A stretch of DNA of 64,000 nucleotides. It comes from Bacillota bacterium. GTDB taxonomy: Bacteria > Bacillota > Clostridia > Christensenellales > Aristaeellaceae. The stretch covers positions 27,637 to 91,636 of the forward strand of contig JAEXCG010000179.1 of assembly GCA_023402355.1 (NCBI GenBank), in the 5' to 3' direction. A program made the position numbers and the translations under genes. The notes under the pieces are model-generated. The model made no database searches and had not been told where the DNA came from. It saw nothing but the letters and a program-made list of their open reading frames with translations. Positions 39,773 through 48,645 of the stretch are shown here, in pieces. Positions within the stretch are counted from its first letter, which is position 1. The number at the start of each line of letters is the position of its first letter.

Positions 39773-42249
39773 AAAGACGCAACCCGGGCTTACTGCCGGT
39801 GGTGCGAAAACGCGTTCCCCACGCGCTGGAAAGCGCGCTGACCGCCTTCTTGTTTTCCGCCGGGCTGATGCTGACGCTCCAAAGCGCGCTGGACCTCGCG
39901 GTCGGCCGCGCGCACGTTCTCTTGCAGAGCGCGGGCCTTTCCCTGTTCTGGGCGCTTCTTTCGCTTTCCCCGATCACGGCCGTCGCGGGCCTGGCGTGCG
40001 GGCTGTTCTTCTTCATTCCCTACGTTTTCGGCCTCCTGCCGCAGCTTTCCGGCGTGGAAGCCGCGCTCGCGCTCGCAATGCAGGGAAACCCGCTCGCGCT
40101 CCAGCTCTATTCGCAGCCGCTTTCGCTGCTGCTCGCGCTGCTCTTCACCCTAGTCGCCTTCCTGCTCTCCCGGGGAGACGGCGGTTTTTATCCCGCTTTC
40201 GCGCTCGCCGCGTTCGTGCTGCTGTCCTCCTGGTTTTACGGCGGCCGTTCGGACGCGCGGCTTTGCCTGCCCGCGCTCGCCGCGCTGATCCTTCTTTACG
40301 CGCATTCGGGCGAGCACGGCGCGTCCGTATCCCGCGCGCTGCCGACGGCGCTGTGTGCGGCGCTGCTGTCGGCGCTGCTGCTGCCGTCCGTCATCCCCAC
40401 CACCCCCGCGATGACCAACTTTGCGGACCGCGTCCGCAGCACTGTATACGATTACTTCTTTTTCACCGATCCGCGTTCGGTGTATTCCCTGCAGCTCAGC
40501 GGCTACCAGCCGCTCGGCGCGGATCAGCTCGGCGGCCCGGTCGATCCGCCGGACGACCCGGTGCTCGAGGTCGCCACCGTTCAGCCCCTCTACCTGCGCG
40601 GTTCCCTGAAAAACGAATATACGGGCCGCGCCTGGCGCGATGCAACGGCGGGGCGGCGCTATCTCTTCGTCGATCCCCGGTACCGCAACCTGCGCGACAC
40701 GCTCTTCGACGCGAAGAGGCCTTCGCCTGCCCTTCGGGACGCGAGCGGCCTGTTTGAAGAACATGCGCTGTCCATCTCGCTGCTGGCGGACGGCGTCTCC
40801 ACGCTCTTTGTGCCCCAGCGGCTGACCTCCGTCTCCTCCGCCGAGGGCTTTGTGCCCTACTTCGGCTCGAGCTCCGAGGTCTTCATCACGCGGGATACCG
40901 CCGCGGGCGACGCCTACAGCGTCACCGCCGCGCTGCCCATGGCGGGAAGCGAAGGGCTCGCGGAGATCCTCGAAAGCGCCGGCGCCGGGGCGGACGAAGC
41001 CGCCGAGGCGGAGTGGAACGACGTCTTTTCCACGTATACGCCCTTTCCGGAGACGGTGGAAAGCGGCGTCGTTCAGCTCGCGCTGCAGGTGACGGCCAGC
41101 GCCGCCTCGCCTTATGAACGGGCGATGCTCATCGCGGGCCATCTCCGCTCAAGCTATCCCTATACGTTCGAGCAGAACCTGCCGCCTGCGGACAGGGACT
41201 TCGTCTCCTGGTTCCTGCTTTCGGAGCGTCAGGGCTATTGCACCTCCTTCGCCTCCGCCATGGCGGTCATGTGCCGAATCGTCGGGCTGCCCGCCCGGTA
41301 CGTCGAGGGCTATCTCGCGCGCCCGGACGCGGACGGCGTAGCGCGCGTCACCCAGCAAAACGCGCACGCATGGGTCGAGGTCTACTTCAAGGGCTTCGGC
41401 TGGCTGACGTTCGACCCCACCCCCAGCCGGGGCGCGTCCCAGGGCGGCGGAGATCAACCCGCCGAGCCGGACGACGAGCCGCCGTCTCCGGAGGACGACG
41501 CGCAGGACATGGCCGACCCGGACGACGGGCAGGACCTGCCGACGCCCTCTCCCGATCCCTCGCAGTCCTCCGACGGCGCACAGGGAACGACCCCGACCCC
41601 GCAGCCGAACGATCAGACCGAGCCGCCCGAGGAGGGCTCCCCGTCCGATTCTTCCCCGACGCCCACGCCCTCGCCCACCCCTACTTCGCCGGACGACGAC
41701 ACGCAAAGGACGCCAAGGCCCGAGGACTCCCCAACGCCGACGCCTTCCCCCACGCCGTCCCCGGAGCCCCCTAATCCAAGTGAACCCACGCCCACCCCGC
41801 CGCCGGAGGAGCCGCCCGAAAAGGACCCGCCGCGTTTCCTGCTGTGGCTCCTCCCGCTGCTGCTGCTCGCGGCAGCAGGATTCCGCCTGTACTGGACGGA
41901 TCCCTCGCAGGCCGCCTCCAGGCAAAAGGACGACGGCGCGCGCCTGCTGTGCTGGTATCGCGGCGCGGAATCCGCGCTGCACGCGCTGGGCTACACGCGC
42001 AGCGCCGCCGAGTCGATCCTCGCCTTTGCGCAGCGCGCGGAACAGGCGCTCGGCAAGGACATTCGCCTCACGCCCTTTGTCCGCGCGGTCTGCCTGATGC
42101 AGTACGGCGGACGCGAAGCTTCGGCCGACTGGCTGCGGCGCGCGGAGCGCTGTTACCGCGCGCTGTGCAAGCGCCTTACGCCCGCTCAGCGCGCGCGGAT
42201 GCTCCTTCGCCGCCTGACAAAGGGGCTCGGCAGCCTGAAGACGCTGTGA
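39769..42249 (+). CDS. transglutaminase-domain membrane protein
   Basis: Start MKRRNPGLL, with ATGA overlap to the DUF58 gene. It has a multi-TM N-terminus, the core QGYCTSFASAMAVMCR ... HAWVEVYF ... FDPT, a P/T/S-rich linker, a TM helix, and a C-terminal helical domain. Confidence 0.85.
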   Translation: MKRRNPGLLPVVRKRVPHALESALTAFLFSAGLMLTLQSALDLAVGRAHVLLQSAGLSLFWALLSLSPITAVAGLACGLFFFIPYVFGLLPQLSGVEAALALAMQGNPLALQLYSQPLSLLLALLFTLVAFLLSRGDGGFYPAFALAAFVLLSSWFYGGRSDARLCLPALAALILLYAHSGEHGASVSRALPTALCAALLSALLLPSVIPTTPAMTNFADRVRSTVYDYFFFTDPRSVYSLQLSGYQPLGADQLGGPVDPPDDPVLEVATVQPLYLRGSLKNEYTGRAWRDATAGRRYLFVDPRYRNLRDTLFDAKRPSPALRDASGLFEEHALSISLLADGVSTLFVPQRLTSVSSAEGFVPYFGSSSEVFITRDTAAGDAYSVTAALPMAGSEGLAEILESAGAGADEAAEAEWNDVFSTYTPFPETVESGVVQLALQVTASAASPYERAMLIAGHLRSSYPYTFEQNLPPADRDFVSWFLLSERQGYCTSFASAMAVMCRIVGLPARYVEGYLARPDADGVARVTQQNAHAWVEVYFKGFGWLTFDPTPSRGASQGGGDQPAEPDDEPPSPEDDAQDMADPDDGQDLPTPSPDPSQSSDGAQGTTPTPQPNDQTEPPEEGSPSDSSPTPTPSPTPTSPDDDTQRTPRPEDSPTPTPSPTPSPEPPNPSEPTPTPPPEEPPEKDPPRFLLWLLPLLLLAAAGFRLYWTDPSQAASRQKDDGARLLCWYRGAESALHALGYTRSAAESILAFAQRAEQALGKDIRLTPFVRAVCLMQYGGREASADWLRRAERCYRALCKRLTPAQRARMLLRRLTKGLGSLKTL
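41423..41835 (+). repeat. low-complexity Pro/Thr/Ser/Asp/Glu-rich linker inside the transglutaminase gene
   Basis: The translation reads ...PSPDPSQSSDGAQGTTPTPQPNDQTEPPEEGSPSDSSPTPTPSPTPTSPDD...PTPTPSPTPSPEPPNPSEPTPTPPPEEPPEKDPP. Confidence 0.8.
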
Positions 42250-42294
42250 ACGGACGGCGGGGTTGCCTCATGTATTTATAAAATCCGCACCGCA

Positions 42295-42328
42295 CAAAAG
42301 GCCGCCCTTCGCGAACGCGAAGGACGGC
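42295..42328. terminator. bidirectional terminator between the convergent transglutaminase and sirtuin genes
   Basis: GCCGCCCTTCGCG-aa-CGCGAAGGACGGC, flanked by an A-run upstream and a T-rich tail downstream. Confidence 0.7.
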
Positions 42329-42332
42329 TCCC

Positions 42333-43217
42333 TTAATTTAAATCGGGATTCAGCAGCTTTTGCAGCACGATCCCGATGTCCTCCTGGATGCAGACCGACC
42401 GCTCCGCGATCTCCGGCGGGCATTCCGCCTCGTCCCGATTCAGGCAGGCGTAAATCGCCTGTTCGTTTCGCGCCGTCATCTGCCAAAAAGGGTATTTGAT
42501 GATGACCGGCGTGTTGTATCCGACGCCGAGCTCGAGCAACAGCAGACGGCCCGCCTGGTGCTCGCGGACGAAAGCCTCGTACCGACGCGACGCCTGGTGC
42601 CACCCCTCGTCTTCCACAAAGCGGCCGTCGCAGCGCAGGTTCATCATCATCGGCCCGCCGCAAGCCGGGCACTTCGGCACGAGCTCGCTGGGAACGCGCA
42701 TGTTGCGCTGCCGCTCCACCATCGCGCGGATGATCTCTTCATTATCGTAGGTCTTTTGCGCGCACGGCTTCGCGCATTGCAGCAGACCGTAATCCCCCTG
42801 CGTGTAGAACAGCCGCGCCTTGTCGAAACCCGCCAGTTGAAACTGATGGTCCACGTTGGTTGTAAGCACAAAAAAATCTTTATCCTTCACGAGCCGCAGC
42901 AGGTCCTGATACGCCCGTCCGGGGGCCGCGTCGTAGCGGTTCAGGAAGACGAAGCGGCTCCAGTACGCCCAGTGCTCCTCCGGCGTCCGGTACGGGTAAA
43001 ACCCGCCCGAATACATGTCGTGAAAGCCATATTTTTCTTCAAAATCCCCGAAATGGCGGGTAAAACGCTCTCCCGAATAGCTGAGCCCCGCCGAGGCCGA
43101 TAGGCCTGCCCCCGCCCCGATCAGGAGAGCGTCCGCCGCTTCGATGGCCTCCCGCAGCCTGTCAACCTGCGCGGAGAAGGTGTCTGTAGATCGCTTCGTC
43201 CGATTCTTTAAAGACAT
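42333..43217 (-). CDS. SIR2-family protein, class-M (SirTM-like) sirtuin
   Basis: 294 aa. LLIGAGAGLSASAGL, VLTTNVDHQF, YTQGDYGLLQC (no canonical HG), a Cys4 zinc site (CAKPC ... CPACGG), and LELGVGYNTP. AGGTGA RBS. Confidence 0.75.
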   Translation of the reverse strand: MSLKNRTKRSTDTFSAQVDRLREAIEAADALLIGAGAGLSASAGLSYSGERFTRHFGDFEEKYGFHDMYSGGFYPYRTPEEHWAYWSRFVFLNRYDAAPGRAYQDLLRLVKDKDFFVLTTNVDHQFQLAGFDKARLFYTQGDYGLLQCAKPCAQKTYDNEEIIRAMVERQRNMRVPSELVPKCPACGGPMMMNLRCDGRFVEDEGWHQASRRYEAFVREHQAGRLLLLELGVGYNTPVIIKYPFWQMTARNEQAIYACLNRDEAECPPEIAERSVCIQEDIGIVLQKLLNPDLN

Positions 43218-43953
43218 TCAAAATCACCTGAATCCTAGATTTATCCGCCGACAGGCACTCGCGCACCGTGCTCACGGCGATTTCCGCCGCCTCACGCCCC
43301 GGAAAATGAAATTCTCCGGTGGAGATGCAGCAAAAGGCGATGGATTGAAGCCCGCGCTCCATCGCAAGCGCGAGGCAGGAACGGTAGCAGGCGGCGAGCA
43401 GCTCCCGGTCCGTCTGGCGAAGCGGACCTGTGACGATTGGGCCGACGGTGTGAATCACATACCGGCTGGGCAGGTTGTACGCCCCGGTGAGCTTCGCCCC
43501 GCCGAGCGGCTCCTCGTGCCCCTGCCGCTCCATGATCCGGCCGCACTCCGCGCGCAGCTGCAGCCCCGCCGCCGAATGGATGGCGTTGTCGATGCAGCCG
43601 TGGCACGGGCAAAAGCAGCCGAGAAGCGCGCTGTTCGCCGCGTTGACGATCGCGTCCGCGTCAAGGCGGGTGATGTCTCCCCGCCACAGCGCGATGGACT
43701 CCCCGGGGAGCCTGGAAAGCTCCGACACGTTGACAACGCCCCGCTCCTCGCGCTCCGCCGAGAGCAGTTCATCCTGCAGCTTTAAGTATTCGTCGCTCAG
43801 CGGCAGGTTCGGCCAAAGGTTCATGAGACTGCGCAGCAACCGTCGCTGCGCTTTTGCATCCTCCTTGGGAAAGCGCTCCGCCTCCGCCCGATATTCCGGC
43901 ATCCGCGACAGCAGCATGCCAATCAGCCGCTGAACGCATTCGCTTCTTTCCAT
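43162..43953 (-). CDS. macrodomain protein (ADP-ribose / O-acetyl-ADP-ribose hydrolase type) with an N-terminal helical extension
   Basis: LWRGDITRLDADAIVNAANSALLGC ... HSAAG ... GAKLTGAYNLPSRYVIHTVGP ... SIAFCCISTGEFHFP. I placed the start at MERSECV, which has GGAGGG 6 nt upstream. Confidence 0.85.
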   Translation of the reverse strand: MERSECVQRLIGMLLSRMPEYRAEAERFPKEDAKAQRRLLRSLMNLWPNLPLSDEYLKLQDELLSAEREERGVVNVSELSRLPGESIALWRGDITRLDADAIVNAANSALLGCFCPCHGCIDNAIHSAAGLQLRAECGRIMERQGHEEPLGGAKLTGAYNLPSRYVIHTVGPIVTGPLRQTDRELLAACYRSCLALAMERGLQSIAFCCISTGEFHFPGREAAEIAVSTVRECLSADKSRIQVILNVFKESDEAIYRHLLRAG

Positions 43954-44118
43954 GCTTTTCCCTCCAGGTCGATTCCGCTTTGGCTGCGGCGTCCCGCGCG
44001 CAGGCGCACGCTCCACGGCCGGGCGATCGGCCGAATTCCATTTTTTAAACGTTCGCCCCGTCAGGCCGACGTTCCTGCTTTACGTGATGATTCTCGGACA
44101 AGGCGCGCCGGTCGGCGC

Positions 44119-44149
44119 GAAAAGGGGCTTCGCACGCCCTGCGAAGCCC
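44119..44149 (-). terminator. rho-independent terminator after the PNPOx-like gene
   Basis: Minus strand: GGGCTTCGCA-loop-TGCGAAGCCC followed by CTTTTC. Confidence 0.7.
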
Positions 44150-44219
44150 TTACAAAATTCATTGCCGAACGCCTGCGCGGCTATCGGTCTCACGCCGCAA
44201 ACGCATGGGTTTTCTTAAA

Positions 44220-44621
44220 TCAAAGTGTAAACTGCTTCGGCGGGTTGCCCGAAAAGTCCGCGATTACGGCCTTTGCGTCCTGCAAGTAGAACACCACGAA
44301 AATAGGGTTGCTGGCGGTCTGGTACTGGCTCTTGACGATGGGGTTGTTCATGCAGCCCTCTTTCACCGCCCTGTTCTCTTCAAACACGGCCTTGCCGCTG
44401 AGTCGAATCCAGGCATACGACGGGCTGGAGACGGAAACCTCGACGTAGGGATTCTGCTGCAGGTCCTTGTAGACCTCCTTCTGGTTGTTCGTGCAGAACC
44501 AGAGCTTTCCGTCCTGTTCAAAGCAGAACATGAAGGGGCGGCATTTGGCCTTGCCGTCGCGGCCGACGGTCGCGAGATATTGCACGGGGTTTTCGGTGAG
44601 GAACTTTACGACTTCATTCAT
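44220..44621 (-). CDS. pyridoxamine 5'-phosphate oxidase-like FMN-binding family protein
   Basis: MNEVVKFLTENPVQYLATVGRDGKAKCRPFMFCFEQDGKLWFCTNNQKEVYKDL..., the split-barrel family pattern. CAGGAGGG RBS. The longer ORF-track N-terminus is rejected. Confidence 0.75.
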   Translation of the reverse strand: MNEVVKFLTENPVQYLATVGRDGKAKCRPFMFCFEQDGKLWFCTNNQKEVYKDLQQNPYVEVSVSSPSYAWIRLSGKAVFEENRAVKEGCMNNPIVKSQYQTASNPIFVVFYLQDAKAVIADFSGNPPKQFTL

Positions 44622-44882
44622 GTGTAACCCTCCTGTCGGTTCAGGCGCACGCGCGCCCTGCGGATGAGGCGCCAGTCTGCGGCGCCCCGCTTTCCGCTTG
44701 CAGATTGATCTTAGCACAGACAAGGCGCCTTGAAAAGTACGCACTTTCATGTGGCATAGTCACCAAAAGGTGCCTGTGAAGGGCCCCTCGTCCATGCTTG
44801 ACGTCCGCCCCGATCGGGTATACAATCGATTTCAAGGGGCGTATGATCGCCACCCCAACACATCATCGAAACGAGGTACGCC

Positions 44883-45254
44883 ATGGCTGATTTCACGCTT
44901 CCGGCCTGTCCCGTCGAAACGACGCTGAAACTCATCTCCAACCGCTGGAAAGTGCTGATCCTGCGCGATCTCTTTATGGGGACGAAGCGCTTCGGCGAGC
45001 TCAAGAAGTCGCTTTCCGGCATCTCTCAGAAGGTGCTGACGCAAAATCTGCGCGACATGGAGGCCGACGGCCTGCTCGTCCGCACCGTCTACCCGGAGGT
45101 TCCGCCCCGCGTCGAGTATGCGCTGACCGAAACCGGCGAAAGCCTACGGCCTGTGCTCGCAGCCCTGTTTGACTGGGGCATGAGCTACAAACAAAGAAAC
45201 GGTTCTCCCTCAAGCGAGCTGGCGGAAGCGCTCGGCTCCGTCCTGCACGAATGA
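44883..45254 (+). CDS. HxlR-family transcriptional regulator
   Basis: CPVETTLKLISNRWKVLILRDLFMGTKRFGELKKSLSGISQKVLTQNLRDMEADGLV. It is divergent from the PNPOx-like gene, which is a classic pairing. Confidence 0.88.
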   Translation: MADFTLPACPVETTLKLISNRWKVLILRDLFMGTKRFGELKKSLSGISQKVLTQNLRDMEADGLLVRTVYPEVPPRVEYALTETGESLRPVLAALFDWGMSYKQRNGSPSSELAEALGSVLHE

Positions 45255-45273
45255 TCGCTGTATGGTTCCCGCA

Positions 45274-45307
45274 TGGGGCTTCGCCCGCGCCGGAGCCTTT
45301 TTTTGAT
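45274..45307 (+). terminator. probable terminator after hxlR-like gene
   Basis: An imperfect GC hairpin (GGGGCTTCGCCCGCGCCGGAGCC) followed by TTTTTTTG. Confidence 0.45.
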
Positions 45308-45395
45308 TTTGCGGCTAACTTTTGCCGCACCCCGTGCGTTATACAGGTAAAGAGGCGCCCATCCGGGAGCGCCTCAAGCGAAAGGGGCAGGTTCC

Positions 45396-45866
45396 ATGAT
45401 CGACGAGCAAACCTTCGTGCGCGAGGTGGAGGCCGACGCAGCGATGCTCTATCGCGTGTGTCTTAGCATCCTGCGGCGCGACGCGGACGCGCAGGACGCC
45501 GTTTCGCAGGCGCTGGAGCGCGCGTGGGCGCACAGGCAGTCCGCGCGTCCCGACCGCCTCCGCGCCTGGCTGACGCAAATCGCGGTCAACGAGTGCCGAA
45601 ACATTCTGCGCAGGCGGCGCCGCGTCGAGCCCGCGGCGTATCTTCCTGAACATCCGCCGCTTTCGGGGCCGGACCTCAGCCTGCGCGACGCGCTGGACCG
45701 CCTGCCGCACGCCCTTCGCACGCCGCTGCTGCTGCACTACATGGAGGGGTTTTCGGAAAAGGAGATCGCATCCGCGCTCGCGCTTCCGCAGTCGACCGTT
45801 AAATGGCGAATGTATCAGGCGCGCCGCAAGCTGCGCGACGAGTTAAAGGAGGTGGCAGAAGAATGA
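45396..45866 (+). CDS. ECF-type RNA polymerase sigma-70 family factor
   Basis: 156 aa. Region 2 is DAQDAVSQALERAW ... WLTQIAVNECRNILRR. Region 4 is HYMEGFSEKEIASALALPQSTVKWRMYQARRKL. Confidence 0.88.
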   Translation: MIDEQTFVREVEADAAMLYRVCLSILRRDADAQDAVSQALERAWAHRQSARPDRLRAWLTQIAVNECRNILRRRRRVEPAAYLPEHPPLSGPDLSLRDALDRLPHALRTPLLLHYMEGFSEKEIASALALPQSTVKWRMYQARRKLRDELKEVAEE

Positions 45867-46939
45867 ACCTTGATAAGCTGAAGCCCGGTGATTTTCGCCG
45901 TCTGTATGGGGAAATTCCCGAAACCTATAAAGAGCGCGTTCGCCTCACGATGAGCGGTTTACCCTCGCAGACGCGCAAAGTACGCTTCGCCAAGCGGCGG
46001 CTCGCGCTCGTGCTCGTCGCCCTCCTCCTGCTGATTTGCGGCACGGTCTATGCCGCCGCGCGCTGGGGGCTCGTCGACTTCTTCGACCTGTACGGCGGCA
46101 TGCCGCCAAGCGCTGCGGGAATCGTCTCGCAGGTCGCCATCGAATACGACGCAGGAGAGGCCGTCGTCGCCCTGCGCGAGGCGGTCGCGGACGGGTTCTC
46201 CTATCACCTCACGGCGGAGGTTCGGCCCAAAGCCCCCGAAGAAATCCGCCTGCTTCCTCCCATGCTCGACGGCTCCATGGAGGACGAAGTCGCAATGGCC
46301 GCCGGACGGCGTCTCGTCGCCGCCTCAATCTATGTCGAGGGGGCAGACCCCGACGGCGACCAGGGGATCGATTGGAAAACGGAGGATGACGGAACGCTCG
46401 TCTACGTCATCAGCGGCGAACTCACGACCCAAGCGGACGCCGTGCAGCTCTCCTTGCTGTTGGTCTTGACGGATTACGGCGTGACCGGCGACGCAGACAA
46501 TGCGCTCAAGGTGCGCGAATCCTTCTCCTTTACGCTGCCCGTCTCACAAGGAGCGCAAGCCCGGCGCGTCGAGATCGGGAAAGAGGTCGAGGGCGCGGGC
46601 GTGCTGCTGGAATACGTGAACTTTACGACGACGCCCTTGGCGACGTATTACGCCGTCGCCTGCTCGCTCGCGCCGGACGCGCTGGATTGGCAGCGCGCCG
46701 ACTTTCAGGAGGGTTGGTTCGCGCTCTCCTTTGTCGACGAAAACGGCGACTGGACCTATGGGAGCCCCTCGGGCGGCGGCGGATATGCCGAACGGCTCGA
46801 TTCCTCTCATGCGCTCATGCACGGCACGCTGCGGCCCCTTGACCCGCTGCCCGATACGATGTACGTCTACTGCAAGAGCCTCGGCGACGTGCCTGTAAGC
46901 AACGGCCTATACGGCATTACGGCCTTTGAGGTGAACTGA
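45863..46939 (+). CDS. putative anti-sigma factor (single-pass membrane protein with a ~290-aa extracytoplasmic domain)
   Basis: ATGA overlap with the sigma gene. It has a short cytoplasmic N-terminus, the TM helix RRLALVLVALLLLICGTVYAAA, and an unassigned C-terminal domain. Confidence 0.65.
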   Translation: MNLDKLKPGDFRRLYGEIPETYKERVRLTMSGLPSQTRKVRFAKRRLALVLVALLLLICGTVYAAARWGLVDFFDLYGGMPPSAAGIVSQVAIEYDAGEAVVALREAVADGFSYHLTAEVRPKAPEEIRLLPPMLDGSMEDEVAMAAGRRLVAASIYVEGADPDGDQGIDWKTEDDGTLVYVISGELTTQADAVQLSLLLVLTDYGVTGDADNALKVRESFSFTLPVSQGAQARRVEIGKEVEGAGVLLEYVNFTTTPLATYYAVACSLAPDALDWQRADFQEGWFALSFVDENGDWTYGSPSGGGGYAERLDSSHALMHGTLRPLDPLPDTMYVYCKSLGDVPVSNGLYGITAFEVN

Positions 46940-47032
46940 CAGGTTTCGTGCATTTACAGACGATTCGTCGTGTGCGGCACCACATCGGCAGGTTTCAGCC
47001 TATTTTGCGATTCAGTGCATTCGCCCATGACG

Positions 47033-47075
47033 ACAAAATCGCGCTTCCCGAATCCGGGAGCGCGACTTTGATTTC
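47033..47075. terminator. bidirectional terminator between the anti-sigma and MATE genes
   Basis: TCGCGCTTCCCG-aat-CCGGGAGCGCGA (one bulge), flanked by AAAA upstream and CTTTGATTTC downstream. Confidence 0.65.
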
Positions 47076-47085
47076 TATGCTGCTC

Positions 47086-48465
47086 TCACGCGCCGACCGT
47101 CATGTTGCGCGCCCACTTGCCCCGCCGAATGATCGCCAGCGCCCAGAAGACCTTCAAATTCATGAGTACCTGCACGGTCACGAACGCGATGCGCACGTCC
47201 GCATGCCCGGTCGCGGGCAGCAGGAACGCGCAAAGGAGGGACGCCGGGACGATCACCGCCCACATGTACCCCGAATCGAGCATCACCGCAGAGCGGGTAT
47301 CCCCGCCCGCACGGAGCACGGAAAACGTCGTCGAATACAGCGCGCTCGGGATGACCAGCACCGACTGCACCAGGATCATCTGCGTCGCCATGGCGCGCAG
47401 ATCGGCCGCGAGGTTCCCGTACATCGCGGGGATGACGAATGAGAGCCCGACGCCCAGCACCAGACAAGCGCCCGCCAGCATGGAAGCCAGCCGAAGCAGG
47501 CGCCCGGCTTTGGCCTTCGCCTCGTCGATCTGCCCCGCCCCCAGCGTCTGCCCGATGATGGCGGACGCCGCCGAGGACATGCCCGCCGTCAGCACGTAGA
47601 TGATCGTCGTCGTCTGGTCCAGCAGCGAAATCGCAGGCAGCGCGTACTCCTGCACGTGCGCGTACGTCCAGAAAAAGATCATTTGGCCGCTCGTCCACAA
47701 TACCTCGTTCATCGTCAGCGGGAAGCCCTTACGGGCGAACATCCCCAGCACCGGCCGCGGCAGCTTGCGAAAGCAGGCGATGTCCAGCGTAAAGGGCGTG
47801 CGTTCACGGTAGAGCACGTACAGGTAAAAGAGCATCTCCACCGTGCGGGCGATCAGCGTGGCCAGCGCCGCGCCGCGTTCGCCCATGCGCGGAAAGCCGA
47901 GCAGGCCGAAGATGAGCAGGCTGTTGAGCGCGATGTTCACCAGCATCGTCACAAAGCCCGCGACCATGGGCATGCGGTTTTTGCCCAGCGCGCGCAGAGA
48001 GTGCATGCACGTCAGCGATACCGCCGTGGGAATGTAGCTGTACTTGATCATGGACAGGTAGTCCAGGCCCGCGCGCATCGTCTCCGGGTCCGTGACGAAC
48101 GCGCCCATGATGACGTGCGGGAAAAAATGCAGCACCAGAAAAAAAGCCGTCCCGATCACCAGCGAGCCCGCGATCTGAAGGCCGAAAAGCTGCTGCATGG
48201 TGTGTCGTTCCCGCGCGCCGTAATACTGCGCGATCAGCATGCCGCCCGCGCCCGTGAAGCCGAAAAACAGGCACATGAACACCGTGTACGGCTTGTTTGC
48301 GACCGACACGCCCGCCAGCGAAGCTGCGCCGAGCTGGCCGACCATGAAGTTATCCACGAAGTTGAAGAGCGCGGAAATCAACTGCTGCGCGATGACCGGC
48401 AGCATGATCGCCGTCGCGTGCAGATAGAACGACTTGTTTTCCCGCACATCCCGAACCATTTGCAT
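47086..48465 (-). CDS. MATE-family efflux transporter
   Basis: 459 aa with 12 predicted TM helices. The N-terminus LPVIAQQLISALFNFVDNFMVGQLG is typical of MATE. GGGAGGG RBS. Confidence 0.88.
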   Translation of the reverse strand: MQMVRDVRENKSFYLHATAIMLPVIAQQLISALFNFVDNFMVGQLGAASLAGVSVANKPYTVFMCLFFGFTGAGGMLIAQYYGARERHTMQQLFGLQIAGSLVIGTAFFLVLHFFPHVIMGAFVTDPETMRAGLDYLSMIKYSYIPTAVSLTCMHSLRALGKNRMPMVAGFVTMLVNIALNSLLIFGLLGFPRMGERGAALATLIARTVEMLFYLYVLYRERTPFTLDIACFRKLPRPVLGMFARKGFPLTMNEVLWTSGQMIFFWTYAHVQEYALPAISLLDQTTTIIYVLTAGMSSAASAIIGQTLGAGQIDEAKAKAGRLLRLASMLAGACLVLGVGLSFVIPAMYGNLAADLRAMATQMILVQSVLVIPSALYSTTFSVLRAGGDTRSAVMLDSGYMWAVIVPASLLCAFLLPATGHADVRIAFVTVQVLMNLKVFWALAIIRRGKWARNMTVGA

Positions 48466-48594
48466 GGGGTTCCCTCCCGCTTTTTCATGCGCCTCTGAAT
48501 GGCACGAACGTTCGGCTCTTCGTCGCTTTTATGTGCACGCTCAGGTTCGCCGCCCGTTTCTTTTTATCATGCCGACGCTTTACAGCTATTTTCT

Positions 48595-48603
48595 GATTAT
48601 ACC
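48595..48603 (-). promoter_or_regulatory. extended -10 promoter element upstream of the MATE gene
   Basis: Minus strand: TGgTATAAT (hexamer 48595-48600). The 5' UTR is ~125 nt long. Confidence 0.4.
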
Positions 48604-48629
48604 ACAAAAGAAAAACGGCGCAAAGCCGT
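48603..48629 (-). terminator. rho-independent terminator after the histidine kinase gene
   Basis: Minus strand: AACGGC-tttgc-GCCGTT followed by TTTTCTTTTGTGG. Confidence 0.7.
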
Positions 48630-48645
48630 TTTAAAAATCCAGAGG

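Noticed and set aside
41423-41835. Repetitive-looking DNA that could be mistaken for a tandem repeat or CRISPR-like array.
   Set aside because: It is in-frame, low-complexity coding sequence (PTPSPTP-type linker) inside the transglutaminase gene. There are no regular repeat/spacer units.
42333-43953. The SIR2-domain gene as part of an anti-phage defence system (Thoeris, DSR or SIR2-HerA type).
   Set aside because: There is no TIR, HerA, pAgo or large N-terminal sensor partner. The tight linkage to a macrodomain and the motif pattern fit the SirTM/macrodomain ADP-ribosylation module instead.
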